Origin: Candidatus Moraniibacteriota bacterium
GTDB taxonomy: Bacteria > Patescibacteriota > Minisyncoccia > Moranbacterales > UBA1568
Direction: 5' to 3'
DNA: 64,000 bases
Assembly: GCA_963743885.1 (NCBI GenBank)
Contig: CAVURJ010000002.1
Span: 305,706 to 369,705 of the forward strand
Part shown: one piece after another, positions 56,627-64,000 of the stretch
Numbering within the stretch: the stretch's first letter is position 1
How the letters are laid out: each line of letters begins with the position of its first letter
The notes under the pieces: generated by a model
Databases searched by the model: none
The model's input: the letters and a program-made list of their open reading frames with translations, nothing else
Told to the model about the DNA's origin: nothing
Program-made: the position numbers and the translations under genes

Positions 56627-57747
56627 CCTCTATGCTTGTAATCGCTACTCATGCCACCAGCATAAACGGGAAGATGTATGAAGCTCCGACAAGTACCCTT
56701 GTGGAGGTATTGAAGGCCGAAAAAAAAGATTTCATGTTTTTGAGGCATTCCATGGATGGTTGTTTCCCATCGACACTTTATTTTTTCAATGACGGAATCC
56801 AGGTGCGAAGCAGGATTTTTTCGGTGCTTTCATCGGTTTCTCTGTTTAGGTATGCAACCGAAGTCCTCTCAACGGTTTCTTTTTTTCTTTTTAGTAGCGT
56901 AAAGATGGATACGTACATCGGTGTTGATCCGCTCAATGCGTTTTCTGGTATTCTTCTGAAGAAGATGGGGCGTGTAAATCGGGTTGTCTTTTATACGGCA
57001 GATTATTCACGCGAGCGTTTTAAGAACGGTGTTCTTAATCGCGCTTATCATCTTCTTGATAAGTTTTGCGTCAAAAATGCCGATTATGTATGGAATGTTT
57101 CTTCTCGAATTTGCGAGATAAGGAAAGGTCAGGGCTTGGTTGATGAGAAGAATATTTTCGTACCGAATGTCCCATCATCCGATTACAAGAAATACCTCGA
57201 TACACGTGATAGGAAGCAGCACACGCTCATATCGCTTGGCATCATAGGTGAACAGCTCGATTATATCGGTATTTTTGATGCAATCAAAAACATGAAATCA
57301 AAATATCCGGATATCTTTTTGAAGATAGTCGGTAATGGCCCAAAAGAGTCTGAGTATAGGGCGTACGTGGATGAAATCGGCCTTAGTAGTCAGGTTGAGT
57401 TTCTTGGATATCTTGATCATGACCGAGCTCTGGAGGAGATTTCGAAGTCTGGAATCGGACTCGCTTTATATAACGGGAAGTGGTCATTCAATTATTTCGG
57501 GGATAGCATGAAGTGTCGAGAATATTTTTGTTTTGGTCTCCCGGTTATTACGACTGATACGCATTCCACCGTGGACGATATAAGAAATGCGAAATCCGGC
57601 GTCGTGTGCGCTCAAGATAAGGATTCGTATGAGTCAGCTATTTCGGACGTGTTTGAAAATTACGATACATACTCCGCGGCGTCTTTTGATTTGGCAAAGA
57701 AATATGACGCTATCCATACCAATCTGTTACGTGAATTTTTTGTATGA
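56623..57747 (+). CDS. GT4-like glycosyltransferase
   Basis: KIVGNGP, FLGYL, K..EY...GLPVITT. Confidence 0.8.
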   Translation: MTSMLVIATHATSINGKMYEAPTSTLVEVLKAEKKDFMFLRHSMDGCFPSTLYFFNDGIQVRSRIFSVLSSVSLFRYATEVLSTVSFFLFSSVKMDTYIGVDPLNAFSGILLKKMGRVNRVVFYTADYSRERFKNGVLNRAYHLLDKFCVKNADYVWNVSSRICEIRKGQGLVDEKNIFVPNVPSSDYKKYLDTRDRKQHTLISLGIIGEQLDYIGIFDAIKNMKSKYPDIFLKIVGNGPKESEYRAYVDEIGLSSQVEFLGYLDHDRALEEISKSGIGLALYNGKWSFNYFGDSMKCREYFCFGLPVITTDTHSTVDDIRNAKSGVVCAQDKDSYESAISDVFENYDTYSAASFDLAKKYDAIHTNLLREFFV

Positions 57748-58793
57748 GAGTGCTTTATCAGATTCCGAATTTGGATACGATATATGCTGGGCGAACCATC
57801 TATAATGGCTATAAGAATGCCTTTATAGATATGGGACATCAGTTTTCTCCTTTGACTTCGGAGGATGATTTTGACGCGGTATGTGAATCCTTTCGTCCAG
57901 ATATATTCATAACATCGCTAAGTCAGTTTTATTTGAAATTCTTGGATTTGGATGCATTGGGGAGAAGGAAAAGAGCCGGACTCAAGGTCTTCGTAAATGT
58001 GCCTTTTTGGAAATCTCCGATGTCAAAATTAAGAATTAATGAGACATCTGGGCTTTCTTCGAATGATTATCATATCGGCCTCATAAAGTCTGGAGAGTTT
58101 GGGGATGTTTATTTCAATAGCTGTGAACAGGATGATGAGCGGATGGCTGGTTTTGGGGAGGGGACTGGACATCCATATTTTACGATTCCATTGGCGGCTG
58201 ATAAGACCATTCTTTTCGAGGAGCGTGATGAGAGATTTCTTGCTGATATTTCGTATATTGGTACGTTTTTGCCGGAGAAAAGAAAATTTTTTCGAGAAAT
58301 AATTTTTCCCTTACGACGTAAATACACTGTCCGATTATATGGACAGGATTGGACTTTTATTGATAGATTAAGGGGTTTTTTGCAGAAAATCGGTCAATAT
58401 TTCAATCTTTCTTGGTTGCGCCTGATTCAAAAGCCAAAGATGGAGCTTGAAGATGAGAGGAAAGTATATGCATCGTCAATGATATCTGTTAATGTCCATG
58501 AGGAACATCAGAAGAGATCTGGTGGAGATTGTAATGAGAGGACATTCAAGATACCGCTTTGCGGCGGATTTGAGATAGTAGATGATGTGGATTGTATCAA
58601 GAGATACTTCAAAGAAGGAGAAGAGATGGTAATAGCAAGAGATAGGGATGATTGGCTGAAGAAAATAGCTTATTATATTGAGAATCCAGAGGAGCGAAGA
58701 GCGATTATAGAAGCCGGGAAACAGCGAGTACTTCGCGAACATACCTACCATAATAGAGTTGAAAAAATCATAGGAATATTTAATTCGATTTGA
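57744..58793 (+). CDS. CgeB-like glycosyltransferase
   Basis: DISYIGT, LYGQDW, NERTFKIP.CGG, HTYHNR. Confidence 0.8.
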   Translation: MRVLYQIPNLDTIYAGRTIYNGYKNAFIDMGHQFSPLTSEDDFDAVCESFRPDIFITSLSQFYLKFLDLDALGRRKRAGLKVFVNVPFWKSPMSKLRINETSGLSSNDYHIGLIKSGEFGDVYFNSCEQDDERMAGFGEGTGHPYFTIPLAADKTILFEERDERFLADISYIGTFLPEKRKFFREIIFPLRRKYTVRLYGQDWTFIDRLRGFLQKIGQYFNLSWLRLIQKPKMELEDERKVYASSMISVNVHEEHQKRSGGDCNERTFKIPLCGGFEIVDDVDCIKRYFKEGEEMVIARDRDDWLKKIAYYIENPEERRAIIEAGKQRVLREHTYHNRVEKIIGIFNSI

Positions 58794-58809
58794 TGAGTTT
58801 TCTTGCAAT

Positions 58810-59397
58810 ATGGAAAGAACGATACTTAATCTTGGTTGTGGGAAGGTTAGGATTCCCGGTTCAATCGGCGTTGATCGCGTGAAGATTGAAGATTATGTCG
58901 ATGTAGTACATGATTTGGACGTATTGTCGTATCCGTTCGAATCAGATTCTGTTGATGAAATACATTTTTATCATGTGCTTGAACATCTTCATGATCCATT
59001 GAAAAAGCTTGAGGAGATATACCGTATCCTGAAGCCAGGAGGAATCCTTTATATGAGAGTGCCGCATTTTTCAAGCATGGGGGCTTTTACTGATTTGACG
59101 CATATTCGGCCATTCGGTTATTTCAGTTTTGATTGTTTGGAGAGAGATCATTATCACCATTTCTATACGATTGCTGATTTTAAGATTGCAGAAAAGGAAA
59201 TAAAATATCTCGGGTTGTATCCAAACGGTGGTGTGTATGAGAAGTATGTTCATCCAAATAGTTGCCCGTTGTTTGCAAGGCCATTTGTGAAAATATTGAA
59301 TGTCCTCATTAATATGAGCCCGATGTTTTTTGAGAGGGTTTGGTGTTACTGGGTTGGTGGCGCGACAGAAGTGGTAATAACTTTGCAAAAACGATGA
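58810..59397 (+). CDS. Class I SAM-dependent methyltransferase
   Basis: LNLGCG, HVLEHL, RILKPGG, D.TH. Confidence 0.88.
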   Translation: MERTILNLGCGKVRIPGSIGVDRVKIEDYVDVVHDLDVLSYPFESDSVDEIHFYHVLEHLHDPLKKLEEIYRILKPGGILYMRVPHFSSMGAFTDLTHIRPFGYFSFDCLERDHYHHFYTIADFKIAEKEIKYLGLYPNGGVYEKYVHPNSCPLFARPFVKILNVLINMSPMFFERVWCYWVGGATEVVITLQKR

Positions 59398-61642
59398 TTT
59401 TTAATAGGGAGTTTTCTGTTTCGGTAATGAAGAATGCTTTTGCGATTCTTTTCTCTCTTTGTCTTGTCCTGCTTATTTCATATAAGGTGGTGCCTTTTTA
59501 TGGTGGTATAACGTATACTGATGCAGCATATTTTTGGAATTTTGATGAGAGTTATGCCCAAGTAGGGGGCACTTATTCGGAAAATTATCTCGGTGCGGAC
59601 CAGTCTAATGGAGTGTTTGGTTTTTTTTCTAAGGGCGTCTTCATATTTCTCTTGAGATCTCTTGGGATGAGTCATAATCTCATCTCGTACCTGACTTCTT
59701 TTGGGTTTGTGTTCTTATCTTCGGTAGTTGCCTTCTTTGTTTTTAAAAGGATATCTGGGGATAGGCTTTTCGGTTTATTTTCAGCTGCTTTTTTTATTCT
59801 CAATAATATATCTTTGGAATATATTGCATATGGAGGTATGGTTTTTCATTTCTTGAGCTCCATTTCGTTTCTTTTGCTTTGTTATATATTTTGGCTGTCT
59901 TATTCTGAACATAAGTTGAACTATAAGTCCGTGGCAGCATGTGTAGTCGTATCCCTGCTTAACATCCACGCTTTTTATCTTTTGATGTATCTCATGCTGC
60001 TCACAGGCTTTTTTCTTTTTGCGTTTTTTTCTAGGGTCATTTCCAGAAAAGAAGTTATATTGAAATACGTATTATCTATTTTCGGAATAGTGATTATCAA
60101 TTCTTATTGGATTTCCCCATTTGTATATGGTCCTTTAAGTGGGGACTCGCAGACTACTTATAATAATACGGGCGTTGTCTTGAAGGGATTCCTTTCGGTT
60201 GTAAGTTATGTGAATTCAATAAATTTTTTCCAATACGGTAACTTCTTCGCACTTAACTTCCATCAGACTATTTTTCATTACCTGTTTTATTTTTCATTGC
60301 CAATAGTTTTTTTCTGGGCCTTCTTTTTTTCAAAGAAAAGAGAACACGCGAAAATACTTCTTTTTCTAGCGATTCTTTATTTGGTTTTTTTTAACCTTGC
60401 TCTTGGCCCGATGTCTAGGATTACTGGTGGCGTGTGGTTATATCTTTGGGATCATATCCCAGTCTTTTCTTTTTCAGAAGCTTTACGAGATATCAAGCGC
60501 TTATTATACCGTTATACCTGTTTTGTTTTTCTATTCTTACTTTGTCTTGGAGATCTGAGCGGAAGAAGGTTGTTTATGTGGCGATGATTGTTATTCTCAT
60601 ATTTCTCAACGGGAAGATGCTTACTGGAAATCTGGATGGTGCTATTTCGGCGGTTAAAATTCCTGAGGAATATAAAAGAGTGAATGACGTCCTTGCTCAT
60701 GATAAAAGTGACGGAAATATAATTGCATTTCCGAATGGGATATACGAGGTATATTCATGGAGCGCTAATGAAAATAGAGATCTAATATTCCAGTCATTTC
60801 TATTAAGGGATTATCTTTTTAGTAAGCCAGTTGTTTCTGAACGAGCATCTGTTTCTTTATATTTGCGCGGGCAGGTCCTGAAGGAAGTTTTTTCTGGAAG
60901 TGATTTGAGAAATATAGAGGAGAATTTCCGCAAGATGAATATTCAGTATGTCCTTGTGCAGAAAGACATGATTGATAATTTTACGGGTGAAAGTGTGAAG
61001 TATGAGAAATATGACGACTATTTTAGAAGCAATGCTGTATTTTCTCTGATTGAGAATAATGACAACTTCAATCTTTACAAGTTTAATGAAGACTCTTCTG
61101 TTCTGATGGCTGACGGCCTTTCTTTTTCGAAATTGAATCCAATAAAATATCAGATTCATATTAAAGGTATAGAATCAAAAGAAGACATCGTTTTCTTGAG
61201 GAATTTTTCATCTCAATGGAAGGTATTTTTTTCTAAAGAAAATGATAGGGATTCTTATTGTCGATATGGAGAAATGATACATATTATTTCTGAAAAAAAT
61301 ATATCAGAATGTTTTGTTGATCAGAAAATGTTTCAGTGGGATGATCTTGGTTATCTTTTTGAAAAACCTATTTTAGGTACGAATCATAAAAAGATATATG
61401 GTTATGCCAATAGTTGGACAATTGATCCTGAATATATCAAGAACAATTTTTCAGAGGATCAGTATCGTGAGAATCCGGATGGAAGCATTGATCTCGATCT
61501 GACGCTCTATTTTAAGCCGCAGTCGTATTTTTATCTCGGACTGATCATTTCCGGCATTACGCTTGTCGGATGCCTGTCTTTTTTGGGATATGTTACAATA
61601 ACCAATCGGGTAAGGTCTAGGAACAAAGCGAAATCACTATGA
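59394..61642 (+). pseudogene. Multi-TM membrane protein (GT-C-like), split by a 1-nt frameshift near 60470
   Basis: ORFs 59394-60587 and 60434-61642 join as DHIPVFSFFRSFTRY if one T is added to the T5 at 60470-60474. Confidence 0.7.
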
Positions 61643-63144
61643 TGAAAATATCTCAAATCAAGCCTTTTTTCGATTTTGTGAAGTCTTTTGTGTTTTCGAA
61701 TGCTCGCTATATAGCGGTGCTGTTCATCTTCGTTTTGGCAGCGTTTTATAGCCTCAATATAGCGAAAGATGATTTGAAGGATGCGAAGAAGGATGATAAG
61801 GAGGGGCAAATGGAGCGCACGGCTGATCTTGATAAGGATATTCAGGAGAAATCGTATCCTGGACAGCTTGATTCCCAGGAAGGGGATTATTATAGGGCTA
61901 TCGTCCGTGCTGAGGCGAATAAGGATACTCTTGTCGATGTATATATCCGGTCGCTTCTTGGTATAGAAAAGAAAGTCGGAGAGATAGCGATCAAGGGCGG
62001 TGTCTCGGCACCATATGAACAGGTGTTTGCTACGGATGGTATCTATCACGATATCATCCTCCGTCGTTTGGAAAAGACGGACCCGAACGATACTTCATGG
62101 GATGGTGTGGAGATATATGTAGCGGATGTTTCCGTGACTCGGCTCAATGTCACATCCCAGTCTATGGCAATGCAGCTCAAGCCGACTATTTTCGGCAATA
62201 CACAGATGGCCCTCCGACAGCTTCCGGCGTCGCTTCCAGGGAAGGTCAATCGGTCGCTGATGTCTGGTGGTCGGAATATCGGCGAATATTTTGAGCCGGT
62301 TGATTCGGCGATTTCGTCGGTGTATGCAAAGTTTTCCGCTGTTGGGAATGGTGGTATCGGGCAGTATGATGTCGAGATATCGGAGTACGATGCGAACGGA
62401 TCTGGTACGAGAAAGACCGCTGCCAAAATTTCTTTTGAAGCGGATAAACTTTGGAAATATGCCGATGAAGAGCATAAGGGTTTGTACCGGTTCGATATGC
62501 CGGTAGCATTGAGCAAGGAGAAATTGTATTTCGTCGGGTTCAGCTCAAAGAATGTCGCAAGTGATGAGAAGAACGGACTCGAGCTCGTCCGTTTCGGTGA
62601 GAATGAAGATGGTGAAGGTGGGGGATTCATAGCGCTTGGGACGGTACAGTATACGCAGGTTGGGGTCGGGAAGACGGCCGCGAGGATCCTTTCGGGGGCT
62701 ACTATCCAGGATATTGGAAGCATGTATTTGTATGAGTATCGGATGAGTCATTCTGAAGAAGATCTACTCGATGTGCATGCTACTCAGGGAAAGCCGAAAT
62801 ATGATGAAGATCTTGGAATGATTACTCAGTCCGAGGCGGATGGTGCAGCGTTCGAATACAAGATCGATACAGTGTATCCTTTCGAGAAGATGAATGTGCT
62901 GGTCGATGGCGTAAAAGAGGTGAAAAGGGGAGGATTCCAAGTCGAGTATTCCTATGATAAGAAGGACTGGAAGAAAGTCTTGGCGGAAGATGAGGGTGGA
63001 ACTGAGCAGAAGGCTGATTTTATCATAGATGGGCAGGGTGGCGCCTCGACGGTTTATGTCAGGGTTGTGCATTACGGAAAATCACAGAAGAATGACATCC
63101 TCGGTTTGAGCGATTTCCAGGTCTCGGCTTTGTTGAAGAAATGA
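61639..63144 (+). CDS. Hypothetical membrane-anchored extracellular beta-rich protein
   Basis: 501 aa, single N-terminal TM, ATGA-coupled to the previous gene. Confidence 0.7.
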   Translation: MMKISQIKPFFDFVKSFVFSNARYIAVLFIFVLAAFYSLNIAKDDLKDAKKDDKEGQMERTADLDKDIQEKSYPGQLDSQEGDYYRAIVRAEANKDTLVDVYIRSLLGIEKKVGEIAIKGGVSAPYEQVFATDGIYHDIILRRLEKTDPNDTSWDGVEIYVADVSVTRLNVTSQSMAMQLKPTIFGNTQMALRQLPASLPGKVNRSLMSGGRNIGEYFEPVDSAISSVYAKFSAVGNGGIGQYDVEISEYDANGSGTRKTAAKISFEADKLWKYADEEHKGLYRFDMPVALSKEKLYFVGFSSKNVASDEKNGLELVRFGENEDGEGGGFIALGTVQYTQVGVGKTAARILSGATIQDIGSMYLYEYRMSHSEEDLLDVHATQGKPKYDEDLGMITQSEADGAAFEYKIDTVYPFEKMNVLVDGVKEVKRGGFQVEYSYDKKDWKKVLAEDEGGTEQKADFIIDGQGGASTVYVRVVHYGKSQKNDILGLSDFQVSALLKK

Positions 63145-63148
63145 TACG

Positions 63149-64000
63149 ATGAAAGCTGTCGAATATCTGAAAGGAATAGCATCGAAGCATGGTTGGGAGA
63201 TTGCTGGTATAGCGACGCTTCTTTTCATTGTGCTGATCAATATCTTTCCGGCGGGATATATCATCGATAGTGGGGATGTCGTCCAGTTTCTCGATCTCAA
63301 GCGGCATTATCTGGACAAGGTCTTTTATGATAGCTGGATGCTCGGCCGTATCTCGATGTTTTTTGGTGTCTTTTATCTCTTGGATCTTGTGGGCATATCC
63401 GACACTGGGCAGCTCTCGTGGTATCTTGGGGTATTCCTTTTTGGATCGTATTTCTCTTTCCGTGTCTTCTGTTGGAATGTCTTTCCTCGCATGCCGAAGC
63501 CGGTCACGGTGCTCATGTCGCTTTTTTATGCGGCCAATATCTATACGCTTTACGTCTTTACCTCGACATGGGGATTCACGTCGTATCAGATACTCTACGC
63601 GTTCATTCCAGCATTGACGGGATTGTATATTAAGGCACTTTACCCCTCACCCTCGAAGACTCAGGAGCTCCCCTTGGAAAGTGGAGCAGGAAGATCGGTG
63701 AGTAGAATAGAGTCGCCCTCAAATAAGAAGAAGTATGTGCTTTGGTTCTTGTTCGCGGCGTTTCTGGCTTCGATGAGTTTTTCTAACCCGGCATTTGCCG
63801 TTTCGTCGGCGGTCTATTTCTCCCTTCTGACAGGAGCTCTTTTCGTATCCGGACTCGTGAAGTCGAATAAAGCGGTTTGGTGGAAGATAGCGATCATGGC
63901 AGCGGGTGTGGTGCTGCTCAATATGTATTGGATACTGCCGCTCATACCGCAGGCGAAGTCTGGAGTAGAGGCGCTTAGCTCCTCCGATGTAATTGTCCTT
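63149..64000 (+). CDS. Multi-TM membrane protein (GT-C-like), 3' truncated by window edge
   Basis: Translated by hand: open from ATG 63149 (MKAVEYLKG...) to the window end; absent from the ORF track; LNMYWILP echoes INSYWISP of the 59394 protein. Confidence 0.75.
   Translation, partial: MKAVEYLKGIASKHGWEIAGIATLLFIVLINIFPAGYIIDSGDVVQFLDLKRHYLDKVFYDSWMLGRISMFFGVFYLLDLVGISDTGQLSWYLGVFLFGSYFSFRVFCWNVFPRMPKPVTVLMSLFYAANIYTLYVFTSTWGFTSYQILYAFIPALTGLYIKALYPSPSKTQELPLESGAGRSVSRIESPSNKKKYVLWFLFAAFLASMSFSNPAFAVSSAVYFSLLTGALFVSGLVKSNKAVWWKIAIMAAGVVLLNMYWILPLIPQAKSGVEALSSSDVIVL

Noticed and set aside
1-64000. Alternative genetic code (UGA=Gly, as in Gracilibacteria)
   Set aside because: TGA ends conserved genes at the expected place (alaS, pheS) and core genes are uninterrupted under the standard code

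Overview
64 kb of bacterial chromosome, almost all genes on the + strand, standard genetic code. The gene set and style point to a Patescibacteria (CPR, Parcubacteria-like) genome; this is inference from short AlaS and PGK, HIGR-type TyrS, and an FtsA-like gene with its large partner. The left and middle are a housekeeping backbone: pyrG, rpmA, scpAB, a D-Ala-D-Ala carboxypeptidase, mraY, pgk, eno, a PfkB kinase, ftsA, alaS, a class A PBP, an ABC-F, secDF, tyrS, pheST and rnpB. The right end (49.3-64 kb) is an AT-richer surface-glycan cluster. Main observations: (1) Two large secreted LCAT/PLA2-type lipase genes each have a small membrane partner gene. The second pair is trailed by an array of hairpin-delimited cassettes, each an orphan 3' stub of a lipase gene plus a variable membrane gene; two of those genes are frameshifted in a 5' poly-A tract. 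This is a candidate polymorphic effector/immunity-archive system. (2) The RNase P RNA gene is about 763 nt, swollen by two copies of a 19-bp-TIR element in P3 and P19 and a heptamer hairpin in P9, and it sits next to an inverted-repeat-bounded GIY-YIG gene. (3) A DUF3800 gene is bracketed by two antisense promoter-hairpin-U-tract small RNAs. (4) Several families of palindromic micro-elements occur, including heptamer-period inverted repeats, and some have entered coding sequence in frame (pheS). No tRNA, rRNA, CRISPR array, integrase or transposase was recognised.
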